Shown: positions 1 through 14,626 of the stretch, piece after piece
How the letters are laid out: each line of letters opens with the position of its first letter
Numbering within the stretch: the stretch's first letter is position 1
Assembly (NCBI GenBank): GCA_040954595.2
Contig: CM082592.2
Coordinates: forward strand, 2,731,462 to 2,795,461
DNA: 64,000 bases
Direction: 5' to 3'
Origin: Balanoglossus misakiensis
Taxonomy: Eukaryota; Animalia; Hemichordata
The notes under the pieces: model-generated
The model's database searches: none
Told to the model about the DNA's origin: nothing
What the model saw: only the letters and a program-made list of their open reading frames with translations
Translations under genes and position numbers: made by a program

Positions 1-1703
1 TTGATCATCAACAATGCAATCCATTCACCGAAAATCTCACTATATAATCACAAACTTTCAGTCCCCACCGAAAAAAACTATATTACAAAGAGACATAAAA
101 ATACAAATTACTGCTGGGGTCTGCTGCCATAAAAAAATTCCAATAAAAATTGCTCATAACCATCTGTTGCTATAGTCAGATTAAATAAAATTCAGTTTTG
201 AAATGAATGTAGGGATAAAAAATTCTGACTGTAATCTCCACCTTTTGACAGATGACACATGTTGAAGAATTCACAATGCTGACCTTTGACCTGATGGATG
301 TTTCTGAAATGTCTCTCCACAAAGACAAATCGTAATCTGGTTGTAATATGATTGCATGTAAACTTCTAATGATATATTTACTGCCACATGAGAGTATTCG
401 TATTTGATTTCAGAGCAGCATCTTTGTTTCATTACTTTGGAAGGGACACAGAAATATTTGTACAAACACAGAAGCATGGGGAATGGCCCCTAACTCTTTC
501 AGTAAAATAAAAGTTAGCTTTAGAATTCTACAAGTTGCATGCCAGACACAATTCTAATGCAAATCTGTCACCACCAAACTTATCTTCATAAAACTGAACT
601 ACTGAATTCCCCTTTCTGAGACACTATCCCCAAAACGGAGAATCACAGAATATGAATGCATCGGTGGTACAGTCCCTAGTTGTATGTTAAAGCTAGTTAT
701 CCATAATAATAATATTAATAGAACAAAATTTGAGATGAATACATGAATTCCTTTCAGGCTTGATGAATCATTTTTTTTCGCATTTAGTTATTCTTGTCCA
801 GATGTTAAAAATAATCCTACAAAAATTCCAACCAATTTGCAAGTTTTCATCTTCTCCTTGCCAAAAAACAAACAGTTACAGTAATTTGTCATTTCAATAT
901 TTTGTTTAAAACAGGTAAAGTGTGCAACTCGATGGTTTTGCTGTCTGGAAAATGTTTAAAATTATGAGAAAAGTTCTATATCTCTCTCTGATTTATCTTC
1001 AGAGGATGCCGTTATTATAATTCATATTGTCCTCATCAGACAGGAGTAACAGGCAAAGGAAGCCATTTTTACCTCCCGCTTTCTGTTTCTATGGCAACTG
1101 CAGCTCCCTATCAGTTTGTGGTGTGACTCTGTAGACTCGAGAAAGCAAAACACACTCAATGCAGACAAAAAACCTCTGATAAACTCATTTCATCTCGCTC
1201 TGGGTAGATTTGCTGCTATTGTAACTTTGAGTGAGTTGCATGTGGACTTCGGGTCATTTCAACTCTCCATTCGGAGGAACCGGGAGAACTGGCAGAGACT
1301 AATATTGCAGACCCATCATTGGTATGCAATAAGTAGAACTTAGAGGTCAGAGAGATCATGACATTAGGTGAATGCAAACAGCATTCTGTCACACACTACA
1401 CACAAAAGATACTGGCAATTTTGATGGTGTGTAACGGAAGTGCTATTCATACTTGAGTAACGGGATTACAATTTGTAAAGTGGTCTCTCTATCTTTATAG
1501 GTCTACTGACTAGGGTGATTCATAACACCACATACCACACCATCCAAACCATCCGATGTTCAGCCGTCTTATCAACAATGTGAGATACACATCCACTCAC
1601 TCTCTCACGCAAATAAGTTGTCATTTATATTCTTTTACGTGTTGTTCATTGTCTCTCATATGAGGTCACAAAATGATTAGATCTTTCCAAAAATGTGAAT
1701 TCT

Positions 1704-1727
1704 CGGGGGGGGGGGGGGGGGGGGGGG
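1704..1727. repeat. poly(G) tract
   Basis: About 24 consecutive G. Shorter G/C runs occur near 8977, 10361, 15538, 27737, 38820 and 53227. Confidence 0.95.
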
Positions 1728-3107
1728 TTGAGTATGCGTTTCTGGACTTATTCAATCAGTGCATCACGCAGTGAGTGTGAATGTGAAATTGTCTGAAATA
1801 TTGTGATCATACCAGCCACAGTTTTACACAAAGTAATAAGGGAAAACTGTAACAGAATATATCCTTGTTGAGGCCTCCTTTGGTCGGATACTACAGTAAA
1901 TTGACTGGCCACTTTATTAATATTATCAAGCTTGCTAAAACATGGTGGAACTCATTATTCAATAAATCAATAATGTGCAAACAATACGCCCAACACCAAT
2001 CTGTGGAATGAAATAGATGACAAGTGTGATGTCTTGTAGCCCTGGCATCAAATCACAAGATAAATCCCTCTATTGGTATTTACAACCATGACACAATCTT
2101 ACTTGCTTATGTCTGTGACAATTTCAAAGTGCTCCTTGAGAAGCAAAATATGCACCATGCATCAGGCAAGAAAGTCGCATCCATCGGAATGTTGACTGTA
2201 TTGCAATTTGTGGGACGATCTGACCACGGGATGAAAATTTAGACACTAATCAACACAATTGATATAGCCTCCGGCATTGTCAAGCCTAGTTTTCCCACAC
2301 TAAAATACAGGCATAGAGCAGAACACACGTCAGCTTTCAAAAGCCCCCCAGGTCATGCTTTTCACTCGCAGTAACTCGACCGCAGCCTGTTCATTCATAA
2401 CAGTTCATGCCTGACTGGACAACATAGTAGTTTCGGTGAAAAAACCAGGCTTCATTTTATGAACTCCTCGCATTTGTGGTTGTCTCTCCTAGGATCGTAG
2501 CTTTTATTTGCATCCAGGTGTTTGTGGGTAGATTGACATCAGATTCCAAAATGCAAGTTGATATCACTATTCCATGATGTATGATTCCTAACATAGACCA
2601 GTAATTGGAAGAACACCTTAATTTTATCAATGACAGAAAAGCCATGAATCATTGAAGAGATTACTAATCACTCTACGAGATATTGCAATACAAAGTCGCA
2701 GTGGAAAAGGCACTTTACCCAAATTTTCCCCTTTTCATCGCAGTTTCTCTAAATATATTACATTACATTTATCACAGTGACGAATTTCCATCTGATTGAG
2801 TGTTATTATCTAAGAGCAAGTTGAACTGGACTTAACAAAGCTATGGAGCACTTTAAACTCTTTGTTACAGCATTGCCTGCAGTATAGCTGAGCTTTACTT
2901 TTTGGCGACTACAGCAAATCCGATTAAAATCACTGAAGTTCCATTTGTGGACAACAACAAAATACTTTGTCAATTCACCAACGCTTAACAGTGAAAATTA
3001 AATAAGGCAAGTGAAAAGTGCCTTATATTACATTATACTTTCTATTCAATGACAATTTTTTCACAACACAAGGGAAATAACACGGTCGCTGTCATCTTCT
3101 GCTCTAC

Positions 3108-3424
3108 TTTACGGTAGAAAAATAAAAGTATTGAAGTTTTTTTTCCATATTTTGCTCAAAGCAACTTCAGAATATTTGCCCTTAAAATTGTGAATAAAAA
3201 TTGTGGGTCAAAATGCAAAATTTTGAACGAGAAAGCAAAATTGCCCCAAATTTGAAATTCAAAATGGCCGCCAATATCTATATTAAGTCTATGGAGAAAA
3301 ATTTAAAGCTATAATTCTGTTTTCAAAAAGCATCCTCACACACTTTCAATATAGCCAAGAATTGAAAGGTTTGGAGGATTATCATTTTTCTGAAAATCTG
3401 TCCCAAAGGTACGCACCACCTTAA
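3108..3424. mobile_element. Degenerate Kolobok-like non-autonomous element relic
   Basis: Right end ...AAAGGTACGCACCACC-TTAA; internal TTCAAAATGGCCGCC; left end decayed and boundary approximate. Confidence 0.4.
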
Positions 3425-6400
3425 ACAAGACTGGATCAAGACAGCACGTACACGCCACATAGTTCAAATTGAGCCAATTTCTCAGCATTTCAAAGCAGAT
3501 CAACGCAGCAAGTCGAGAGTAGACACAGTGACCACTGCAGTCAGCAGCCTCTCTCACTCCACTGCCACAGTTCAATCTAGACTTCAATCTCCTTCCTTCG
3601 CAATTGAATTGTGCCAGCCAATAGTTTGCTCATTCATGATCATTGAAAATTGTCCACTGTCACTTAAATACTAAAACAGAATTAGCTGCGCACTGGGGCT
3701 GAATGGTTTCAACCGCATCAGGGGAAATCTGTTGACAATCTCAGTCGTACTAGTATCAGGCTCCGAAGACTTCTTTTACCAAAATGGATGACATCATTCA
3801 TATTTGAAAAAACTGTCACAACACATTTTGTCCTCCTGGCATTTACAATTTCCTGGATAAGCAGCTCTTTTTCATTAAAGGATATAAGTGATCTGGTAAA
3901 AAGGAACACCAAATATGGATGAGGTGAGTTGAAAATTTGAAGAGGTCAAGCACATGGAGTAGAACTCCAATCTTAAGTGGGGTCTCTCGTTCCCGTGATC
4001 TTGCAATCATCCGTTTAAGAATGGCGGTCACAGAAGACCAATCAGTCTGAGGGAATCATCATGAGATACTTCAACATTATTACAATTGTCTCCTTCAGGA
4101 AACTTACGGACGCACCGCCTTGTATCAATTCCTTCATTACGGTTGGTTCTACACAGAAATGGAGGATGTGTTCGATAGCAGTTAGTCAGAAATATCGGCA
4201 GCATGGGGGATCACATTTGCTGGCTAACAGCTGATGGTTCCCCCAAGGAAAAACTCACACTATTCTGATTGCAGTTTCCATGTATTCACACATTGATTGA
4301 AAAATAAAAACTATGACGAAATAGTAGTAATGTGTATTCTTGGTGTCAGTCAAAAACAACACATAAAATCCGCAATGTAATAGCTGCTTGATTATAGAGA
4401 AATATTGGGAAAAAACAAACTCACTTTCAAACTCAAGCAGTAAACATTCCACAGTGAGTTTCCAACAACTAAGGCATTACCGGTATTGCAGAATTAATTA
4501 AACCCTGAAAATGGAAATAAAATAATCCTGGAGATTATTGATAATTTGATTGTGCTACCTCTTTATTTTCTTATCAATGACATCACATGGGATACCTGAG
4601 AAATAAATGTTATGATTCCATCAACCACGAACTAATCTCTGCCTTCGATTGAAACCAGCAACATCAGGGGGGACTTAATATTTTGAGAAATGGCATCAAA
4701 TATTGAAATAGAAAGTTACCAATTTTTCTACTTTTGTCGGGCACCTTGTTTCAGGTCACATTTCCAAACCAATTATTTCATGGTCCAAACGCTTGTATTT
4801 TTCAGTTTTTCGCTAATTTCAGTGTCTGTATTGTCAGATAACTGCCGGAACGACCACATAGGGGCGCAGCTTTTTCATCTCATTTTCATTTTCATATAGG
4901 GTAGCCACTCAATGAACGACCTTGAGCAACTCACCATATGGCTTGTCAAGGATTCCATAAAATTTATCGATATGAACTGATTAATAGTTCCATCAAAATT
5001 TATTTCACTCAGGATTCCACTTGATATTGGACTGACCCTCAAAAAGTACATGTGCAAAATTCAAAGAACACTAGAATATACTGAAACATAGAGTAATTTA
5101 TGGGTTACAGTATATTAACTGAGTTATGTGGTGATTTCAAGTGAAAAAAGACCACCACGCGAAAATCATACCGTGACATGCTTATGTCACCATGGTTACT
5201 TCGTGCTGCCAGTTAGTGGTGAAATTTGAAGATTTACAGCAAATACTCCACTTGAGAAGTTTTTGTTGGTAGGTGTCGCAATTTGGGCGCCATTTATTTT
5301 CCTTGTTGCTGCACGCGTAATTGGAACCAGTTCTGAACGATCTCAGACGCTTTTTGTTTTGTGAACAATGCAGAGATTGAACGCATCTGATAGCTATTAT
5401 TACAACCATATTCAGCAAATACGCTCACTGTGCACAAAGATATGCCTATTGATAAAAACTGTTAATAACAGCCATGAATTTGCTTGGCCACATTACCCAC
5501 AATGCAACACACACAGGACATGTCAATTTTGACTCCCCCTTTTCGTTGCCTCAAATTGCTCGTCAAGATTTTCGTTCGCTAAGATAAAATTTAATGGTTG
5601 GTTTGACAGGAATACCCATTGGATGGTACACTTTATGGCCACTTGTTAATATTGACTGGCCAATATCGCATTTCAATTCCATCATATCAGTTTTGTGAAC
5701 TTGACTGATTGGCCACTTCATTTCATTTTATGGCCTTTTCTCCGCGTGTAGTCCTTTCAATCTCTTACATGCTATATGCAGTAAAAATGAGTACAACTGA
5801 CCTCTGTGTAATCTCTCTTATTACTTTAGCTGTCATGGATTTCATGTGCGCTAATGCTGTGTCACACTCCAAAGAATGCCTGGGTCTCCTGATTACCTGG
5901 CACACAAATTATTCAATCATGGCTTGATCAAAATGATTCCAAACAACAAATCACTATGATTTAAACACTTATCTCATACAGTAACACTGAAGGCATACAA
6001 ACGATTTTCCAGAGTGATTTGTTGGCCTACTGGAAAATAGAACTGAATTCAATGATTCATCGCCCAATATGCGACCATTCTAATCTCTTTCTTTCAACTT
6101 GACATTGAACTTCATCAAGCACTCACCACAGCAAGCCAGTCATGAAAATAATATGCTTTGGAGCGAGAGCCTTAAGGTCAAAGTTCACCAATATCTGAAT
6201 TTCTCCAGTCCTCACTAATATTAATAAAATGAAATGATAATGTAAAATTTACAAGAAATGACACGCGATAACTTTCAGAAAACCGTTGTACACAACGAAA
6301 ATTCCAGTGCACTCTCTTGTGCACGTGACTTCGCAGCACCGTACTCTGGTCCTGTGAGTGGGTGGAACCGACACATCAGCTGTGCATAAGCCATCACAGA

Positions 6401-8333
6401 TTTTTAACCGATGTGCTGTTTTGCTCTTTTAAATCTCCACCAAAAACTTCCAAGCTCTAATGAGCATACCATGGCACACTACGCAATTAACGTCACCAGC
6501 AAGCTAAGACCTATAATACACATCAAATAAAGTGGCAACCACAATGCAATATATTGTATCCTACGCAAGTCTGCCACGAGCAATTTTTACCCTATTCACC
6601 CAAAAATTTCCTAATACCCACATAACTAATCAAGCGCCCAATTCTGGCCTTTGTGTGGGAATTTTCTGTTTCACCAGAGTTGAATTTCCCCATGGTGGTT
6701 GTAAAAACACAACTACCTCTACGCACTCGTGTAAATTGAACATTACAATGCTATATTTCACACTTGTTTATGTTGCGTCAATAGTTCAATAGTCTTGATG
6801 GTTCTTTCACTGTTCTACAAATGGACTTGGAACACGGTAAAAAATAAGTAGGAATTGTTTGATGTTGATTATATATTGACAAGTTGAACGCACATCTGGG
6901 TGGTTTCACACGAGGCAATTCACGGTGGCCTTAATAAGCAACGTAACAACATCATAAGTCATGGATTTCTCTCAAAGGCAACTGAGTCTGTTCCATTGAA
7001 TCCTGAAGACTTCCTCCAAAACGTTCTTATATGCAGTATCAACTTTTTTGAGTGAAAACTATTTGTGTGAGAAGTACATGTATGACCAGTATTTTCTTTT
7101 TTTTCGTTATTAAAACAATGGACCCCCACACCTTTGGTGGATTCTTCATAATAATAATCATGTTGATACAGGACTTTTAAAATCCTGGGTTTATTCATCT
7201 ATCAACTCATTATGTCTAACTTCCCCACTGACCACACACTCATGCATAGCCAACTCCTCTTATCATGCTTATCAGCTCAACAATTCCATGGCAACTACAT
7301 TACCAACATATCCATGGATGCAAATCCATTTACCCATCCAATTGGCCAACCCAGCACACAACTGTTTGCCAACCAAATAACATGTGTATACACCTCCCAA
7401 ACCAAACACAGCCCAAGCTGTCACACACTTGACAACCAGAGAGTAAAATGCTTGTTTTGCACCCAGATTAACCCAATTTATCAAGGCTTTCAATTATGAA
7501 CTTAAAACTCCACAAAATGACCAGATGTTCACCACTTCAAGGTTTCCATGGTTTTTGAATTTTCTTCTATTATTAGCGCAAGTTCATGTGTGCCAGCCAA
7601 TGCAGCTGGAACTAGGCCTAAGTATCTTCACTTTATATTAATAGCATTAGGGATATCCCTGTCAATGACAGAACACATCAATAATTAACACCAAGGGAAC
7701 ATTAATCATTGGCAATGAAATGTAGGGTTTAGATGCAGCTATAATGTTTCTGATTTTATTCTCAAATCCAGTCAATCGATCTCATTAATGAGAGATTTAA
7801 TTGTTTAGAATGGTTAGAAGTTTTAAAGGCTGAACTGGGTTGCTTGTAATAGTACTCATTAAACATGTTTGGCGCGAGTAGTTTAGATTTCATTTTGGCC
7901 AGGCTTTTTTCCCACAATATGATAGATTCGGGGCCGCCTTAATTGCCTCAAACACTCCACGGAAATTACAAATTTAGTTGAAATCAATACTCATTGGCCG
8001 AGCTTTATTGTACGTGGCTGTGGAAAGTAGCCACAATTACATCAGAGAATTGATTCCCTAAGTAGTCCACCCCATTCATGGTTTTGTGTGACCACATTCT
8101 TTGTGTGTATTGACAGTTGTGGAGTCCACTTCCTGTCACACAGCCACAATGACATGCCGTTTTTTTTCTTTGGGTGTTGACCTAACATTAACACTGAGGG
8201 CTATTGACCTAAATCTAGGCTGTTTGTCTGTCACTTGGATCGACTGAACAACAACCCCAAGTGGCATGGGACTGTAAAATGGAATGACCAGATTTTCTAC
8301 TGGGTTAATGTCTTTTAAGCTTTTTTTATTTAA

Positions 8334-8568
8334 AGGAAAGGGGTCGTCGCGCCGCGTGGCTGTCCCCCTTGATGAGAATATGTCCTCCCATACCAGCGCT
8401 AACCCCACTGCAGTCGCCACGACCTACTAGGATCTTCAGTTGCTGTCATGCCCAGTCTACGCTACGGTTGGCTGCTTCGTTCATTCTAAGAATTATCTAA
8501 TTTCAGGGATTTGTGGATGAATTGTAATGTTTATAAACAAACAAATGTGGCACGACGACCCCTTCACT
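8334..8568. mobile_element. MITE, Kolobok-like (TTAA TSD)
   Basis: Left end AGGAAAGGGGTCGTCGCGCCGCGT versus reverse complement of right end AGTGAAGGGGTCGTCGTGCCACAT; TTAA on both flanks. Confidence 0.75.
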
Positions 8569-11440
8569 TTAAGCATGCTCTTCAATTCTTCATAGAGAAA
8601 GTAAACAACATCCTGCACAAAAATTTATAAAAACGTTACGGCATCAGAGCAAACAGGCAACACAAACACATTACAAAGAAGTATTTTAATATACCATTGA
8701 AATGAAGGGAAATATTTCTGTCAATATGGTAATTATCTTGGGCAAAATAAAATTTACAGAGCTAAATTTTATTGCTATTCAACAGGTGCTCTTTGGAAGT
8801 TTATTGATGGCTTGTCTCACGTCTCATCATATTGTGTTCACTCAGGCATGAAAACTTCAATTTATTAACAATAGTTCAGAAGAATAAGTGTATTTTCTTT
8901 GTTTAGCTGTCATCACCAGTGTCAGTTATACTGCAAGTCTTGTCACTATTATTTTTGTGCTAGAACAGGTTAAGGTGGGGGGGGGGGGGGGGTGTGACTG
9001 TACAACGATGATGGAGGCAGGTATTTCCACCAGAAAAGATTGTCTTTCATGCACGGATGCAAAAATATTGCAGTTAATGACTCTGGTCTACATGCAAGGC
9101 ACCGCAACAATGATAAACATCAAGTACTATCCGACCATCGCTATGGTAATCACCAAACATGCACACTTATCCAGTCTCTTCTACAATTACCAGATGTCCA
9201 CTGTTCACTTTACATCTTGTATGTACTGAACAGCTTGCTCTATTCTGGCTTTTTAATTGCATACATTCACTTTCAGACTTGGGATCAATAATGGCATCTG
9301 ATTGCATACAATCATTTCCCTATTTGATCCATTTCCTTTGAAACGAAACAGTACATACGAGATCAGATGCCATCTCTCATTTCACACAGACCCTTCCATG
9401 CCTCAGTGTATAATCACACCCTCTCGCAAGAACTCTAACTCGTATCGTTTTCCGAAAACTCAGTAACTATCAAACTGATGATCAAATTAATGAATTTAAA
9501 TTCTTTGTTGTAATGATCGATGTTGCAATTAAGAATCCACTTTCCATTTATTTCATTTTACATCTTTAGGGAAAATGGTTGTTCGGGAACTGCCATGTAC
9601 ATTTGTGGCAGCAAAAACATGCAACGAACTGCTGTAGAACAAGTAGAGCAGTTTATTCCAGCAACTGCTGGCATACACTGTACACACCTCCTTCCACAAC
9701 ATTCTTTTCACCCAGTATGGTATTTAAGACCACATGTGTATTGATTCTGTAAAAGTAGGCTGAAGCACAGTTTGAAACAACTTTTTTCTCAATAGAATTC
9801 TGGTCTGGTCTATTGTGGTTACTTCCGTCCTGAAATTAGAGTAGCCAGGGAGTCTCAGTAAGACTATACTGGGTAAACCACTTAAGTAAGTGCAGAAAGT
9901 TGGTTGCACAGCTTCGGTCAGTCGGTCGGTCGGTCGCAGCGTGACTGCGCATGGACGAGATAAGAGAGAAGAGGATTGTTGGAGATACATCTGCAAACAG
10001 GATGGATTGAATACAATGCGGAGGTGTGAACTTGAATGCAAATCGGGGATAACCACAACTTTGCAATTAGAACAACAGATGTCAAATCCATGATAGCTTA
10101 GCTTTGATGACAAAGGAATTTACTATGGTAGATACAATGCAGCTAAAAAGACAGGTGATGTACATGTACGTCACGCACTGATAATAAACTTGGCCCTCAA
10201 CATGATGATGATGATGCAGGATCCAGATAAAAAAGATGGCTTTTGAAGGATTTCTACGTTTGAAAAGATATTGTTTCATTTGTCACGTTCATTATGGCCA
10301 GTGATATGAAACTATACATGTTCATGTAATGTTCAATATGTTTGTGCACACAAATCAATTCCCCCCCCCCCCAAAATACAAAACAGACGAACTCCAGAAT
10401 TTGATACCAAACACTTTGTTGGAACTGTAACCATTCCCCAAAACCAATTTCTCTGTGACATTATTGTGATGTCATACCCCGCAAGTCAACAATGTGCCAA
10501 ACTTGAAGTCATTACATGTGTATAATGATGAAAGCCTACATCTCAAGTGAAACCACTAACGACATTTTCTGACGTCACACCAGTAAAAACACACTCATGT
10601 TGTTGACATTTTGTCTTCTTTCTTTAATTGCACGGAAATAAAATTACGGCTGTCAACATTATGTATTGGACTATACATAGATGTGGTGTGGACAATGGTT
10701 AGTGTCGGTAGCATGACCTGCAATTTCAGAACACAAATATCAACTGTACATGTATACACTGAAGTATTCTAAATACATAGAACCCACTCGTATGATCTAG
10801 ACACAGTGACAAATGAAGTCTCACTTTGTTAAATTTGTCAAAGGGAGAGTAGTTGCAACTATAGTTATTCTTGCTTTACACATACATGGTCTTTAATCTC
10901 AGTACACCTGTGTGGAAAGAAGCGCCCTCACATTAATGCTATTTTTGTTAATCATTAATTATTTGTGAAAAATGATCGCTCAAGATTTGGTTGGGAACTT
11001 TCTAAACCGCTAGAGGATACAAGAAATACCAAGTTCAATGACAATTCGGAGGTAAACAAATGACATCATTCATTGTGAATAAACTGAGAACCAAACTGTA
11101 AAGAAATTCAAAATCACGCTGTTTTATGTCCATAACTTTACAAAATAATATTTTTAAATTTTACTATGCCATAAGGTACATGATATAAAACCTTTATGGC
11201 CCTGATAGACATTTTTGCACCCACAGTCAAAGCTTGGAACAGCCCCTCCCCCAAAAGGTCAGACCCTTCTGCCATATTACCTCAGGCATCGAAATATGCA
11301 GTGAAGATTAATATTAATATTGTATGTGTTATGGTCCAATGCCATCATTGACAATTGAAAAAGTCTCGGAGCAACATTTTACAAAATTAATTCAGTTTGT
11401 TGACAAGTGATGCTAAAACTTCCAGTGTCTGTCTCTTTAA

Positions 11441-11526
11441 CACTTTCACCCCCAGTTCCCTCTTTTAAAGGTCTAACCTCACAATGGAAAACAATGCGTC
11501 TGGACTGGACCATAGTGATGAAAGGG
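11441..11526. mobile_element. About 86-bp piggyBac-like MITE (second copy)
   Basis: TTAA|CACTTTCACCCCC...GATGAAAGGG|TTTAA; shares GGGGTGAAAG and a CATTG-T-rich core with the 30629 copy. Confidence 0.65.
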
Positions 11527-14500
11527 TTTAATACTGCAAGTGGAAATGTAACCTTTTCCTGTTCCATCGCTTTTATTTGTGGCATCCATCACAAAAAAAA
11601 GTCACAAACTCAGAGCCAGTCTCACTGAAATGGAAAGTTCCAGCAGGTACAGAGATTATTGAGTCTTTGATTTCTTCATCAAACCAGTTTTGAACAGAGG
11701 CAAGTCAAGAAAAAAATTAGTTATATCAAGCTTTGAAGTTATCATAAAACCAAAATATCAGTCATGTTTTGACCAAATGAAATAGAAGAAATAGAAAAAA
11801 TACTCTTCACGGAGGAATATTGGGTCAAATACTTTCAGGATTGAAGTTTTCACTATGACAACTAAATTGCACTGGTATTCCATTATGGTAATTTTACATT
11901 AGGTATAAAAATCTTTTTTTTTTCAATTTTCTTTTTTTTAGATATTTAATGCCAGTGTTGGATATTTTATAAATGTCATAATATTAATATTAATTGGCTC
12001 TTAATTGTGCCTGGTTGTCATTTCAGAAATATCTTAAAAGGGGCAACAGAGAATATCTGGCCGAGAAGAGTTCTGAGACCAAATACATCGAACATTTTGA
12101 TGAAAGGCCCACAACTATGCCTAAAAAAAAAAATTTATGATCATAAATTTTAAGGCCAACATTTTCAGGGAAGCTTTAAATGGCAACCAAACAGCAACTT
12201 CTGTTTGACATTATCAATTCCCTCTTTTGTCAGGGTGCAAAGTCCCATGTGGTGAAAAGTACACTGGGTTTTGCATCAAAATGTAATTAAAATATTTACT
12301 GTAGAAAGAGTGGTTTTGATTTTGGCTTGTACACATTTTTAGTAAAGTGGACCAAATCATGTGACTCATGTCTTTCCTTAGGCTATTACATGTATTTTCT
12401 TCAACAATGTGGCCCATACAACCTCAACATGGAGTTTTTCTTTACAAACAGGTAGTACCTTTAATACGATTGGAAATAGTTATTTTTGCACTCCACACCA
12501 AAGTTTTCATCATCAGGCAAAATTTGGGCCGAGTCAAGTTCACTTCCGTTGCCACGAACCAAACCTTGACTCAAGCATTTCTTTTGGGGGAAAATAGTTT
12601 CAGAGATAGAGAAAAATGTGTACATGCATGCAATGTTGTATTCACTAGGGGCTACTACCTCTGCTGCGCCGGCAAAACTCAAAATGTAATTAGGTGTTGA
12701 AATGAAATTGCTTCTATTCAAATCCGGCAATTATTATAGACAGAAAGATTGGATGGCTTTTGTGCAAATCTAGTGTTCCTCAAAATTAAGTTGATATGGT
12801 CAGCTGCCTAGTGCCTTCTCTCTCTCTCTCTCTCACTCTTGCATACCAAGTACGACGGCGTAACCCAATTGTGGGCAATCAATGTTTAATCAGGACTCGG
12901 GCTTTACAAGCCAACCACGCTAGGAACATGCGCGAATTCAAAGACAACTCAACAGCTAATGCAGACTGAGTGAAGACTTCCTTCGAGTCAAACCATTGTG
13001 AGGAAATGGCCCTAGCCGAGTGAACAGAAAACAGGAACAGTTTTTCTCATGTTTTGTCCATTAACAGTCGACATAATGCCACTTTGCTCATTTGTTAATG
13101 CATGCATTGGACTCATCAAAGCCAACACTACAAATGTCTTTGACAACCTGTGTAAGGGGGCATCTCCAAATTACTCACTTTTCACAGCAAGCAATACATC
13201 ATCAATATACTGTCAATTCTCCATGAAATCATATGCTGAATTTGAAATGTTTTAAATTAATTACACATTTTCCCGAACACAAAGATGTTTGTCAGATAAA
13301 AGTGATTTTATTGTTGTTTTTCCAGCAACTTGATAAAAAAAACTTTTTCCACTAATTATGCAGAATTTTCAAGGATGAAAGAATGAACGAACAAATGAAC
13401 AGAAAGCGTATCAAGACAGCGATTGGATGTTTGTAATTGAAAGCACGGGGATATATGCCTGGATAATTAGAGCTGTTGAATTGATCATCTACCCTCACAT
13501 TTGTAGCAGGTTGCTTTGACAACAGTCACCACGACTACCTCTATCAAGGTATAGGGGATTGCGCAGATCAATTCCAAGGGCATTCTCTAGTGGTTAAGTA
13601 ATGCAACCAAGTTTTGAGATACTTGTCTTTACGTTGATACAAAGTTGTCAAGTACAATCAAGAACGTCATAGATACACATTGAAGCAATCATGTTACGGC
13701 TAAAGTAACAGCATTTTTCCATTTATCAACTTTCAACGTTAATTTGACCAGATTATACCATAAAAAATGTACAACTCTTCCAAAATTAATGCAAACCAGT
13801 TCAAGCTAACTTCCATACTGTGATGGAGTACATGTATCAAATTTTAATCAGGGAACAGTTTGACTAGTTTCTTCAAGGAAAATATATTATGTTCACTTTC
13901 TTGAAAATGAAACCAAGATTAGAAACTTGTTTTATGTACACAGTGAAACACGGAACATTAAATCTCTGGATTTTTGCTGAATGATTTCAACTGAATATAA
14001 CTTATAGCAAAGATTAAAAAGACGAGGAGGAAACTTTTATGGGTCAGCAGAAATAGCTAGATTCCGCCTGTTATAAAACGCAAATGGAAACCAGGTCTAT
14101 AATGTCTATTTCTGAGTTATATATGCAAGTTGAATGACGTTTCTTTCAACGAATAATGTTAATGACAATAGAAAAGACTCATTCTAAAAGATCAACATAT
14201 CGTCACTCTACAGTGAGGTGGGTTTTTGTATTGAAACTGTTTTGTCACATTCCAAGGAATGTACATTAGTTGTCTGATTGGAATTAGGCGATACATTCTT
14301 GTTAGTTCTCATGTCATTGCAATATTCACTAAATTATGTTTTCATATGAAAGAGCCTCACTCGAATCGCATCAACCTAATCACACCTTCCCAGTCTCAAA
14401 GTCAAAGTATTTCGCTCTCATTTTAAAGAACTGAATACTTGGGTGAGATCCTTCCTTCATTCACAGATGTTCAGCCATTCTATTGTGTCACTCCTAACAC

Positions 14501-14613
14501 ATTCTACAAATTTCACGTCTGACTGCCAATTATTTTTCCCAAGTTCAACTAATTTTCTCATTAGACCCAAATGGCAGTCAGCAAACACTGACAGCATCAT
14601 TATTCTCATCTTT

Positions 14614-14626
14614 GTTGCCTAGCAAC
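14614..14626. promoter_or_regulatory. RFX X-box (GTTGCCTAGCAAC) in intron 7
   Basis: Perfect EF-C/RFX-type palindrome, near an octamer and a Pbx-like motif. Confidence 0.5.

Noticed and set aside
4590-4612. Recursive-splicing (AG|GT) ratchet point candidates, e.g. catttatttctcag|gtatc; also near 31350 and 38912
   Set aside because: The donors are weak and the frequency is compatible with chance. Saw-tooth nascent RNA-seq would be needed.
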